The notes under the pieces are model-generated. The model saw nothing but the letters and a program-made list of their open reading frames with translations. It was not told the origin of the DNA and did no database searches. Both the position numbers and the translations under genes were made by a program. 64,000 nt of DNA from a virus. Location: positions 64,001 to 128,000 of the IMG/VR virus record IMGVR_UViG_3300042197_002762; one strand, given 5' to 3'. Below are positions 38,899 to 48,232 of this stretch, piece by piece (position 1 is the first letter of the stretch; each line of letters opens with the position of its first letter).

Positions 38899-39971
38899 CG
38901 GGTAAAAGTATATTATCTTCACATCTTAAAGATAATAAAGATTCACATTATAATTTTGAAGATGAACAGGTTTTCCAAGTATCTACTGGTTCTCTTCTTT
39001 TAGACTCAGAACTTAGTGGTGCGCTCGAGGTTCCTGCAATTGTTCGTTTTACCGGAGTAAGCGGTGGCGGAAAAACAAGCTCCGCTCTTCTTATTATGAA
39101 CAATTTTCTAAAATCAGTACCTAACTCAAAAGGCTTTTTGGTTAAAGCAGAAGGTCGTCTTAATTCAAATGTTAAAAAAATCTCTGGAGTCAATTTTGTA
39201 GACGACCCAGAAAAATGGGAAAATGGTACATGTTTTGTTCTTCGTTCTAATATTTATGAAAACATTGCTACTTTAATTTTAGAATTGATTAAAAATAATC
39301 CAGAAAATACACGTTATTATTTTCTTATTGATAGTATGGATGCTCTTATTTCAAAAAATGATTTAAGTAAAGGATTTGAAGATAGCGCAAAAGTTGCTGC
39401 TGGAGCAGTTCTTACATCAAATTTTCTTCGTAGAATCATGCTACCACTTTCGACGTTTGGGCATATTTGTGGACTTATCTCACAAGTACGTTCAAATGTA
39501 CAAATTAACCCTTATGCAAAAAGCGATCCAAAACTTACTAACAGTTCTGGCGGAAACGCTTTACAACATTATGCTGATTGGATTTTTGAATTTCAACCAA
39601 GATACAAATCTGATCAAATTATGGAAGGCGACAAAATTATTGGTCACTGGTCAAAAATTCTTCTTCGTAAAACTACGAATGAAAAAGATGGTGTTGAAGT
39701 AACTTATCCAATTAGACATGGAAGAATTGACGGAAAAAGCGTTTGGACAGAATATGAAGTTGCTGATATGCTGATACAATGGGGTTTCGCTAAAAAGAGC
39801 GGTGCTTGGATAGCCTTTGATGCTGGTTTAATTAAAGACATTAAAGAAGATATTGACAAAGATTTTCCAGAAAAAATCCAAGGAATGGATCAGCTAAGAA
39901 CATTCCTAGAAAATAATCAGGATATTTGTAATTACCTTTTTAATAAGTTTAAAACAATATTATCAAAGTAA
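38877..39971 (+). CDS. recA: RecA/UvsX-like recombinase
   Basis: STGSLLLD, Walker A GVSGGGKT, FLIDSMDAL, ISQVR, SGGNALQHYA. Confidence 0.9.
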   Translation: MAKENTLTGKSILSSHLKDNKDSHYNFEDEQVFQVSTGSLLLDSELSGALEVPAIVRFTGVSGGGKTSSALLIMNNFLKSVPNSKGFLVKAEGRLNSNVKKISGVNFVDDPEKWENGTCFVLRSNIYENIATLILELIKNNPENTRYYFLIDSMDALISKNDLSKGFEDSAKVAAGAVLTSNFLRRIMLPLSTFGHICGLISQVRSNVQINPYAKSDPKLTNSSGGNALQHYADWIFEFQPRYKSDQIMEGDKIIGHWSKILLRKTTNEKDGVEVTYPIRHGRIDGKSVWTEYEVADMLIQWGFAKKSGAWIAFDAGLIKDIKEDIDKDFPEKIQGMDQLRTFLENNQDICNYLFNKFKTILSK

Positions 39972-40741
39972 TGTTTTCAATATATACATCAGCGTTTAAT
40001 TTAATTAAAAATAAATTTAATTATAGACATCATATTCAAAATTTTTCACAATTTGCAGACGAAGTAGTTATAGCCATCAATACAAGTGAAGATAATTCTC
40101 TAAACGAAGTACGTGATTTTGTAATTGACAACTGCGATAATGTTTATATATTAGAAACACATTTTAGTTATGAAGATCCATTGCTTGATGGAAAGATAAA
40201 AAATGCTGCACTACAAGCCACTAAACAAGATCTAAAAATCGGTTTAGATATGGATGAATACATCCCATTATGGCAACAGCATATTTGGGAAAATATTGGT
40301 AACCAATTAATGTATTCTCAAGCCAAAGCTGTTATGATCCCATCTCTTAATTTGTATAAAGATACAGATCATTATTTTTCTATAACGCCAAAATGGTATA
40401 TGCACAAAAAAGGTTTATATCGTGGTCCAGTAACTTGGGCTAAAAAAGATAATGGAACGATAGATACATCAAAAAGTGATACTTGTGAATTGATAGATGA
40501 AAATGGAAATTTAGTTTATTCAAGCCAATCACCTTTCGATATTGATTCTTTAAGAACTAATAATAATCCATTTGTTGTTCATACTGGGTATATTAATTTA
40601 TATAATAGAATATTAAGAAATAATAATTTTTGGGAAAAGCACTGGAAAATAGAATCTGGCGGAGAAGCCCCAAAACATAAAGTTCATCAATCTATAGATG
40701 ATTTTCAAGAAAACTATCAAGAACATAAATTAAATATATGA
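39971..40741 (+). CDS. GT2-like glycosyltransferase
   Basis: FSIYTSAFN, ADEVVIA..SED, KNAALQA, LDMDE. Confidence 0.78.
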   Translation: MFSIYTSAFNLIKNKFNYRHHIQNFSQFADEVVIAINTSEDNSLNEVRDFVIDNCDNVYILETHFSYEDPLLDGKIKNAALQATKQDLKIGLDMDEYIPLWQQHIWENIGNQLMYSQAKAVMIPSLNLYKDTDHYFSITPKWYMHKKGLYRGPVTWAKKDNGTIDTSKSDTCELIDENGNLVYSSQSPFDIDSLRTNNNPFVVHTGYINLYNRILRNNNFWEKHWKIESGGEAPKHKVHQSIDDFQENYQEHKLNI

Positions 40742-41253
40742 AACTGAATCTTGGTTGCGCTAAAGATATAAAAGAAGGGTATATTAATGTAGACCTACAC
40801 TATAAACATCCAAATGTTATCAATGAGGATATTTCTAACCTTTCATTCGTTAAGAATTCCGAAGCAATTGAAATTTATGCTAAAGATATTTTAGAACATT
40901 TACCATTCTCAGTTTCTATTAAGTGTTTAGAAAAATGGTATAAATATTTAAAACCAGATGGTCGTTTATATATTCAAACTACTAATTTTATTAAGATTAT
41001 TGAAGCTTATAATTCTGGAGTTTGGAATCTTTTTTATTTGAATTATATGCTTTTTTCTGGCGTTAATTGGATAGATAGCGAGGCCAAGGAAGCTGATTTT
41101 CACAAAAGCGTATATTCAAAAGATTCTTTACTCAATGAGCTTGGGCGTATAGGTTATAAGATTATATCAGTAGAGGAAGATGAAATAGACGATGCTTTAA
41201 AAGCAAATCCTAGCGATCATAATTTAAATATTAAAATTTGGGCCGCAAAATGA
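40738..41253 (+). CDS. class I SAM-dependent methyltransferase (type 11-like)
   Basis: KLNLGC..GYINVD, ILEHL, LKPDGRL. Confidence 0.85.
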   Translation: MKLNLGCAKDIKEGYINVDLHYKHPNVINEDISNLSFVKNSEAIEIYAKDILEHLPFSVSIKCLEKWYKYLKPDGRLYIQTTNFIKIIEAYNSGVWNLFYLNYMLFSGVNWIDSEAKEADFHKSVYSKDSLLNELGRIGYKIISVEEDEIDDALKANPSDHNLNIKIWAAK

Positions 41254-41954
41254 TCGAAAAAAATATTTTTCAAACATTCGTTAATAATGAATTACCCGAA
41301 CCAGTAGCGAACTTAATCGAACAATTAAAATTAAATAATTCTAATTATAACTATTATTTCTATACAGATGAAAATATACTAGATTTTATAAAAACTAATT
41401 ATTCTAATGAAATTTATAATGCATATAGTAAATTACAAATAGGGGCAGCAAAAGCAGATTTTTGGAGATACTTAATATTATATAAATATGGTGGTGTTTA
41501 TTTGGATATAGATTCTTATATTACAATACCTTTAGATAATTTTATATTAGATAAAGATAAAGCAATAATTACTAGAGAAAATAATTATGGTCATTTTGTT
41601 CAATGGTGTCTTATTATAAAAAGTGAACACCCCATTTTAAAATACACAATTGAAAATGTATTAAAAAAAATCTTTGAAAAAAAAGAAACTCGTTTAAACT
41701 ATATTACTGGACCACCAGTTTTGTCAGAATGTATTGAAAATTTATATCAATATTTGGGGTTTAAATCATTATATGAAACGAAAGATGAAGAAATAAATAA
41801 TAAAATGAACGCTAACTCTGATGAATATGCAAGATTTATCGGAACAGATTTTAATAATAATGAATTTATTTTTAAGCATCAATATTATTATACATTGTAC
41901 AAAAATAAAAAGCCATGGATGGAAGAACAAACAATCAAATCAGTAATAGCATGA
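41250..41954 (+). CDS. GT32 (OCH1-like, DxD) glycosyltransferase
   Basis: KNIFQT, AAKADFWRYLILYKYGGVYLDID, TGP; ORF track start 41238, ATGA overlap favours 41250. Confidence 0.88.
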   Translation: MIEKNIFQTFVNNELPEPVANLIEQLKLNNSNYNYYFYTDENILDFIKTNYSNEIYNAYSKLQIGAAKADFWRYLILYKYGGVYLDIDSYITIPLDNFILDKDKAIITRENNYGHFVQWCLIIKSEHPILKYTIENVLKKIFEKKETRLNYITGPPVLSECIENLYQYLGFKSLYETKDEEINNKMNANSDEYARFIGTDFNNNEFIFKHQYYYTLYKNKKPWMEEQTIKSVIA

Positions 41955-42523
41955 ATATAGTACAAATAGGATGTCATGATGGTAATGATCATGTTTATAA
42001 ATTTATCTGTGAAAATAGAGATACTATAAACTCAGTTCATTTAATTGAGCCCATTAAAGAGAATATTATAAAAGCTATTGAGCTATATAAATCTTTTAAT
42101 TTTATTAATTTTCATAATATCGCAATTGTTGAAAATGATTCAATTAATGAAATAGAAATTTTTTGTGCCAATGATATTAAAGAAAGTCAAACTGCATCAA
42201 TTTTTAAATCACATTCTTCATATTTTCAATCAAATATTAATTCTAGAGTAGTTTCATGTTGTAACTTAAATAAATTTTTTAAAAATAATAATATTTATAA
42301 TATTGACCGTTTATATATAGATACAGAAGGGTTAGATTGTAAAATTATTGATTCTATAGATTTTAGTTTATATAATATCAAATATCTGGAATATGAATAT
42401 ATTCATGCCGATGGAACACATTTGCATGGAAATATGGATAAATATATTGAAAATAAACTTATATCATATAGGTATGAAATAAAAGATTCTCCACCATTCA
42501 ATAAAATTGCAATTAAATTATGA
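41951..42523 (+). CDS. FkbM-family methyltransferase
   Basis: IVQIGCHDG, LIEP, LYIDTEGLD..I, LEYE; ORF track start 41915. Confidence 0.85.
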   Translation: MNIVQIGCHDGNDHVYKFICENRDTINSVHLIEPIKENIIKAIELYKSFNFINFHNIAIVENDSINEIEIFCANDIKESQTASIFKSHSSYFQSNINSRVVSCCNLNKFFKNNNIYNIDRLYIDTEGLDCKIIDSIDFSLYNIKYLEYEYIHADGTHLHGNMDKYIENKLISYRYEIKDSPPFNKIAIKL

Positions 42524-43056
42524 ATTTATTAGAAACATATTTATTAACTAAAAATTTTTCAGATAAAGAACGAATTCATTCTTATATTTCTAATTTTTAT
42601 AATGAAAAATTTAAATCTTTTAAAGACAAGCCAATAAAAATATTAGAAATTGGTGTTTTACAAGGTCATTCAATTAAACTTTGGGAAGACTATTTTACAA
42701 ATGCTGAAATTTTTGGAGTAGATATTGGTAATATTATAGAGCATAATTTTAGTAATCGGGTAAAAATTTTATTTCAAAATGCTTATTCTATAGAATTTAT
42801 AAAAAAGTTAGAAGAAAATTATGGAAAATTTGATATCATTATTGATGATGGCCCGCATACATTAGAAACACAACATTTTTTCTTAACGAATTATCAATCT
42901 CTATTAAAAGATTTTAATTCAATTATTATACTTGAAGATGTGTATTTTAATGCTTTTGAAATTTTAAAATCACAATTTACAGATTTTCAAATTATTGATT
43001 TGAGAGAACAAGTAAAAAATGAATATAATAGCGTAATTTTTTATAAAGAAAAATGA
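42520..43056 (+). CDS. class I SAM-dependent (sugar O-)methyltransferase
   Basis: KILEIGVLQGHSIKLWEDYF...IFGVDI, FDIIIDDGPH, IILEDV. Confidence 0.85.
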   Translation: MNLLETYLLTKNFSDKERIHSYISNFYNEKFKSFKDKPIKILEIGVLQGHSIKLWEDYFTNAEIFGVDIGNIIEHNFSNRVKILFQNAYSIEFIKKLEENYGKFDIIIDDGPHTLETQHFFLTNYQSLLKDFNSIIILEDVYFNAFEILKSQFTDFQIIDLREQVKNEYNSVIFYKEK

Positions 43057-43892
43057 AATTAAAAAATCTATATAATTATTATGCAGATTATCTAGGCGGG
43101 GGAACAATTGTTCCAGACGAAATGGATTATCTTTTAGAGATCGTCGAATTAGTTGCTGATTATTTTTCACATTCTAAATATAATTTTTATATAACAAATA
43201 AAACAAATTTTCAACCATCAACAGAAAACAATATTGTTTTTTTAAGTGGAAGTGAACATCGTACAATGTTAGACACCGATAATTTTTTATTATGTTTTAG
43301 TAATTTTTTGCTTAATTCAAATGATAAAAGGTATTTACCATTCCCACTGGGATTAAATAAATTTATTAATAAAACTATCAAAAATGGAATAGATTTGGTT
43401 CCATTCAAAGAAAGAAAGTATGATTGTTTTTTTGCAGGATTTATACACCCATCTAGATTTGAATTTGTTAATGCTATTAAAAAATTAAATACAAATAATT
43501 ATTTTCATTTTTCAACAGGTAATAATCTTCAAACTTTTGAGCAAGACTTAAAACCAGAAGATTATTTAAGTATAGCTGCAAATTCTAAAATAATGTTATG
43601 CCCTGCTGGTGGACTACACACAACTTCATACAGATATTTTGAGTCATTGTATTGCAAAAATATTGCAATTTATCCTAAAAATGGGGCACATTCTATTTTC
43701 TTTGAAAAACAAAATCCATTAGCATTCTCTATTAATTCTTGGAATGATATTAATGACGATTTAATTAAAGAACTAATAGAAGAATATCAAAATAGAGAAC
43801 GTCATTTAGAAATTTATTTTAAACATATTACTTCTAAAATAGGCGTTGCTCAGTTTATTATAAAATCAATTGAAAATTTAAATGAAATTTAA
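43053..43892 (+). CDS. exostosin/GT47-like glycosyltransferase
   Basis: RKYDCFFAG, YLSIAANSKIMLCPAG...SYRYFESL. Confidence 0.65.
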   Translation: MKLKNLYNYYADYLGGGTIVPDEMDYLLEIVELVADYFSHSKYNFYITNKTNFQPSTENNIVFLSGSEHRTMLDTDNFLLCFSNFLLNSNDKRYLPFPLGLNKFINKTIKNGIDLVPFKERKYDCFFAGFIHPSRFEFVNAIKKLNTNNYFHFSTGNNLQTFEQDLKPEDYLSIAANSKIMLCPAGGLHTTSYRYFESLYCKNIAIYPKNGAHSIFFEKQNPLAFSINSWNDINDDLIKELIEEYQNRERHLEIYFKHITSKIGVAQFIIKSIENLNEI

Positions 43893-44295
43893 AAATATTT
43901 TTGGTAAAGAAGTTAACAAAACAATCAACAAATTTTTAGTTGATTGGAATAAGCCTTGTAAAAGCAAAGTACAATTTAATGTCAAAAAATTCTTTGAACA
44001 TTGCTGGGATACTCACGTTGTCGTTGAAGAGTTTCCCGTTTTCGGAACGCGCATGAAATGTGATCTTATTAATTTTACAAAAAAAATTGCAGTAGAAACA
44101 CATGGCCTTCAACATGATAAATTTGTAAAACATTTTCATAAAACTAAAACTGGATTTAAAAACAGTGTTAAAAGAGATTTGCAGAAATATCAATGGTTAG
44201 AAATGAATGGATTTCGTATTATTGAAATATTTGAAAATGAACTTATCAGTTTGTCGCCAGAATGGATAAAAGAAAAATTTGATATAGATATTTAA
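43882..44295 (+). CDS. Vsr/DUF559-like PD-(D/E)xK endonuclease
   Basis: EEFPV...CDL...IAVETHGLQH...RDLQKYQWLEMNGFRIIEI. Confidence 0.75.
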   Translation: MKFKNIFGKEVNKTINKFLVDWNKPCKSKVQFNVKKFFEHCWDTHVVVEEFPVFGTRMKCDLINFTKKIAVETHGLQHDKFVKHFHKTKTGFKNSVKRDLQKYQWLEMNGFRIIEIFENELISLSPEWIKEKFDIDI

Positions 44296-44296
44296 T

Positions 44297-44818
44297 ATGG
44301 AATATCTTGATAAACCTGTATTCACAAATAATAAAGCTTTTTATGATAAGCGTGGTGTTTTTGTACCCTTATCTTTAAGCTCTCATCTAACATGGTTACA
44401 ATCTAATATCTCTGTAAATTTAAAATCATTTACTTTAAGAGGTTTGCATTTCCAACATAAACCTTATGAACAGTCAAAACTTATAAAAGTAATTAATGGG
44501 TCAATTATCGATTTTATAACTGATCTTGATCCAAAATCAGAAACATTTTTAAAAATAAAAATGTTTACGATGAAACCTGGAGATGAATTATATATACCCA
44601 AAAATTATGCCCATGGTTTTTTGACTTTAGAAAAAAATACAATTGTTCAATATTTAGTAAATAATATTTACAATCCAGATTCAGAAGGAGTGATTCCTTG
44701 GGTAAAATTTCCAGAATTACTTCAAGAATTTCAAAAAATAGAAAACTTTTCTATAAAAGATGTTGTAATAAAAGATAGAGATTTAATAGCCAAAAATTTT
44801 GATAAAAATTTAGCTTGA
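44297..44818 (+). CDS. rmlC: dTDP-4-dehydrorhamnose 3,5-epimerase family (cupin)
   Basis: DKRGVF, LRGLHFQ, SKLIKVINGSIIDFITDL, LYIPKNYAHGFLTL. Confidence 0.9.
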   Translation: MEYLDKPVFTNNKAFYDKRGVFVPLSLSSHLTWLQSNISVNLKSFTLRGLHFQHKPYEQSKLIKVINGSIIDFITDLDPKSETFLKIKMFTMKPGDELYIPKNYAHGFLTLEKNTIVQYLVNNIYNPDSEGVIPWVKFPELLQEFQKIENFSIKDVVIKDRDLIAKNFDKNLA

Positions 44819-44843
44819 ATATCAAATTAAGTTAGGCTATCAT
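44815..44843 (+). promoter_or_regulatory. sigma-70-type promoter, leaderless
   Basis: TTGAAT-N17-TATCAT, ATG 6 nt downstream. Confidence 0.7.
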
Positions 44844-44849
44844 ATATGT

Positions 44850-45446
44850 ATGAGCGTATTGTATATTGGAATAGCTGGTGTTGCCAGATCTGGTAAAGAT
44901 AGTTTAGCACTTGAAATAGAAAATCTTATTAGGGCTTCTAAAGGCCTGACTATATATAGAACTTCTTTGGCACAACCTCTTAAAGAAGATTGCAAAGATT
45001 TTATTAAAGATTATCTTGGGCTAAATGTGTTCACAGATAAGAATGAAGAAAAAGCAACTTTTCGTGAATTTCTTGTTTGGTATGGTAAAGTAAAGCGTCA
45101 ACAAACAGAAGGTAAGTATTGGACAAATTTAGTAGACCAAAGGGTTGAAAAGTTTCAGCCTGATGTTTGTATTATTCCCGATGTTCGTTATCAGCAATAC
45201 GAAGGAGATGAAGTTAGTTGGCTTAAAGCAAAAGAGAATAATATCCTTATTCATTTGCAAAGAATTGCAACTAATGGTGAAATAGTCCCACCCGCAAACA
45301 TGGATGAATCAATTAATGATTCAATCATTCAAAACAGCGCAGACTATAAAATAGTTTGGCCAACATTTACCGATGAAAATAAACAGGAAAATATGAGAGA
45401 GTTTGCCGAAAAAGCTTTCAATGCGGTAATTAAAGATAAACTTTAA
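44850..45446 (+). CDS. deoxynucleoside monophosphate kinase
   Basis: IGIAGVARSGKDS, SLAQPLK, REFLVWYG, IIPDVRY..E. Confidence 0.85.
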   Translation: MSVLYIGIAGVARSGKDSLALEIENLIRASKGLTIYRTSLAQPLKEDCKDFIKDYLGLNVFTDKNEEKATFREFLVWYGKVKRQQTEGKYWTNLVDQRVEKFQPDVCIIPDVRYQQYEGDEVSWLKAKENNILIHLQRIATNGEIVPPANMDESINDSIIQNSADYKIVWPTFTDENKQENMREFAEKAFNAVIKDKL

Positions 45447-45447
45447 T

Positions 45448-46920
45448 ATGAATTCAATTCGTAGCGCACTCGTCGAAAAGCACGTTCTTGCTGGATTTTT
45501 AAAATATCCACAAATATATTTTGAAGTTTCTCATTTTATTAATGAGGATGATTTTTCGAATGGTCATAAATCTATCTTTAGTGTTATAAAAGGTCAGATT
45601 ATGAATAACCTTCCTCTTGATCCTGTTATTGTAGCAGAAAAAATTAAAAACCTTGGCATTACTTTAAAACAAGATTTTAATATATTTGATTATATTGAAA
45701 GTATTGGTTTCTTAAAAATAAGTCAAAAATCTCTTTATGAAGCTTGTAAAGATTTAAAAAAAATAACTATTCGTAGAGAAGTGGCAGAAACTGCAACCAT
45801 GATTGCAGAAGCTATGGAAAATTCTGGAAATCTTTCTTCAGACGAAATTATTTCGTTGGCAGATAAAATGTATAATGAAAGAATTAATGCTTATGATTTA
45901 GAATCCAATCCAGAAGATCTTTTCTGTGACATCGAACGAATGGTTGAAGAAAGAGCTAATAATCCTATTCTTGAAACTGGATATTTAACACCATATAAAA
46001 TATTTAATAAAATGTATGGAGGCTTAAGACCTGGGGAGCTTTATGCATGGGTAAGTCGTCCAAAACACGGCAAAAGCACAATTCTTAGCGATATTTGTTC
46101 TAAAGCCAGTTTAATTAATCCGAACATGCAAGCTCTTATTTTAGATACAGAAATGCAGACTAATGTAATTCGCTTTCGTATTGCAAGTAGTATTACTGGT
46201 ATTCCTATGTGGTGGCTTGAAACAGGCAACTTTAAAAACAATAAAGAATTACTTGCCAAATGGAATAGTAAAAAATCTGAACTGGCGAAAGCACAAGGCA
46301 AAGTTCAACATTTGCAAGTCGCTGGAAAACCAGTTTCAGAAATTGAATCTATTGTCCAAAGATGGTATTTAGGGCAAGTTGGTCGTGGGAACCCTGCAAT
46401 AGTTGTTTATGATTATATTAAACTCACCGGAGAAATCGAAAAAGGAAAACAAGAGTATCAACTTATTGGTGATAAAGTTGATAGACTAAAAGAACTTTCT
46501 GTACGTTTAAATATACCTATTTTAACAGCTTGTCAATTAAATCGTAGCGCAGAAAATGGCGCTGATGATTCTAGTGCTATTGCACAGTCGGATCGTCTTC
46601 AATGGTTCGCTGCATATGTGGGTATTTTTAGACGTAAGACTCTTGAAGAACAGGCTGAAGATGGTGCACAGTTTGGGACTCATAAAATGATTGAGCTTGC
46701 ATCTCGTTATCAAGGTCAGCATGCTCATGGTCATAACGATCTTGTTCGCGTTATGGAAAATAATCGCCCTGTTTATCGTAAAAATTTTATTTCATTTAAT
46801 GTAGATAATTTTCACGTCGAAGAAAAAGGCACTCTTCAAGATATTGTTAATCACCAAAATGGGGTAAATGTGAATATTTTTGATCGTCCGAATAACGAAC
46901 CTCAAGAAGAAATCATATGA
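45448..46920 (+). CDS. dnaB: DnaB-like replicative helicase
   Basis: N-terminal EKHVLAG..; SRPKHGKST, LDTEM, VYDYIKL, ACQLNR. Confidence 0.92.
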   Translation: MNSIRSALVEKHVLAGFLKYPQIYFEVSHFINEDDFSNGHKSIFSVIKGQIMNNLPLDPVIVAEKIKNLGITLKQDFNIFDYIESIGFLKISQKSLYEACKDLKKITIRREVAETATMIAEAMENSGNLSSDEIISLADKMYNERINAYDLESNPEDLFCDIERMVEERANNPILETGYLTPYKIFNKMYGGLRPGELYAWVSRPKHGKSTILSDICSKASLINPNMQALILDTEMQTNVIRFRIASSITGIPMWWLETGNFKNNKELLAKWNSKKSELAKAQGKVQHLQVAGKPVSEIESIVQRWYLGQVGRGNPAIVVYDYIKLTGEIEKGKQEYQLIGDKVDRLKELSVRLNIPILTACQLNRSAENGADDSSAIAQSDRLQWFAAYVGIFRRKTLEEQAEDGAQFGTHKMIELASRYQGQHAHGHNDLVRVMENNRPVYRKNFISFNVDNFHVEEKGTLQDIVNHQNGVNVNIFDRPNNEPQEEII

Positions 46921-47813
46921 AACTTTTAGAACTCCTAAAAGATGCTGGGTGTAATCCTAGAAATTATGGTACTTATCTTACTTGTACTGCTCGCTATCGT
47001 GGTGGCGATGACCCTGGATCAGTAGGCATTTATTTACAAAACAATATTGTAAAAGATTTTGTAACAGGGCATGTATTTTCTTTAGAAGAGTTTCTTAAAC
47101 TTACTCTTAAATTAAAAGATATAAAACAAGTAGAACAAATTTTAGAAGATAAAGCAAAATATTATTGCGGATTCAATAATGATATTGAAGACCCATTAAA
47201 TAAAAGTATTAAGTATTATTCATATGATGATATAGTAAATTTAAAACAGGATGGATCATATTGGAACAATCGTAATATTAGCGATGAAACATTAAAAGTT
47301 TTTGAAGGTGGTTTATGTACAGAAGGTAAAATGTTCCAAAGGTATGTATTTCCGATTCTTGATGCTCGTAAAAAAATTCAAGGATTTTCTGGGCGCGATG
47401 TTACTGGAAAATCTAAGATTAAATGGAAACATATAGGAAAAAAAAATGAATGGGCCTATCCTTTTATATTTAATCATCAAATTATTAGAGAACTAAAACA
47501 ACTTATACTTGTAGAAAGTATTGGAGATATGCTTTCTCTTTGGGAGAGTGGTATTAAAAATACTGGAATAACTTTCGGGACCGAGGCTGGTGGAGGTTTA
47601 TTAAAAGCGATTACGCGCCTTAATCCCGAAAAAATAATCATTGCTACCAACAATGATGAAAACAGGGCGGGGCAAAAAGCGGCTACGAGAATACGCTCAA
47701 CACTCATAGATTCGTTTTTTGACCCCGCCCAAATTCATATTTACCACCCATTTAAAAATGATTTTGGTGATCAAACAGTCGAAGAAAACAAGGAGTGGTA
47801 TTCTAGCCTATGA
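46917..47813 (+). CDS. dnaG: DNA primase (Toprim)
   Basis: RYVFPILD..IQGFSGRD, ILVESIGD, IATNNDE..GQKA; adjacent to dnaB. Confidence 0.82.
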   Translation: MKLLELLKDAGCNPRNYGTYLTCTARYRGGDDPGSVGIYLQNNIVKDFVTGHVFSLEEFLKLTLKLKDIKQVEQILEDKAKYYCGFNNDIEDPLNKSIKYYSYDDIVNLKQDGSYWNNRNISDETLKVFEGGLCTEGKMFQRYVFPILDARKKIQGFSGRDVTGKSKIKWKHIGKKNEWAYPFIFNHQIIRELKQLILVESIGDMLSLWESGIKNTGITFGTEAGGGLLKAITRLNPEKIIIATNNDENRAGQKAATRIRSTLIDSFFDPAQIHIYHPFKNDFGDQTVEENKEWYSSL

Positions 47814-48232
47814 GAAGCAACTGGAATGAACATGCAATGAATTTAGCTGCGATAGCAATGCAGAGATCAGAAGATCCTTTTCAAAAGGTAGGCGCTTGTG
47901 TTTTAGGTCACCATAATGAAGTTTTAGCTGTAGCTTATAATGGACTTGCCGCTGGCGTTAATGTTACTCCAGAATTTTGGAGAGATCGTGATGCAAGACG
48001 GCCATACATGATTCATGCTGAAAGCAATGCTCTTGCTCGAATTAAAATGGGAGAAGGCAAATTATTAGCTTGTACTTTACTTCCATGTTCAGCATGTGCT
48101 ACCAATATTGCTGCATATGGAATCAAAGAAGTTATCTTTAAAGATATTTATAATAGAGACACAAAATCCATAGATATTTTTAAATTTTATGGGATTTCTT
48201 GTACACAAGTAGATCCTACATATCCATTATGA
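47810..48232 (+). CDS. dCMP deaminase
   Basis: RSEDP..KVGAC, AYNG, HAESNA, PCSAC. Confidence 0.92.
   Translation: MRSNWNEHAMNLAAIAMQRSEDPFQKVGACVLGHHNEVLAVAYNGLAAGVNVTPEFWRDRDARRPYMIHAESNALARIKMGEGKLLACTLLPCSACATNIAAYGIKEVIFKDIYNRDTKSIDIFKFYGISCTQVDPTYPL

Noticed and set aside
39971-48232. Glycosylated-base DNA modification system
   Set aside because: No hydroxymethylase, TET/JBP or T4-type DNA glucosyltransferase was recognised; the GT families resemble surface-glycan enzymes. Genes outside the window cannot be excluded
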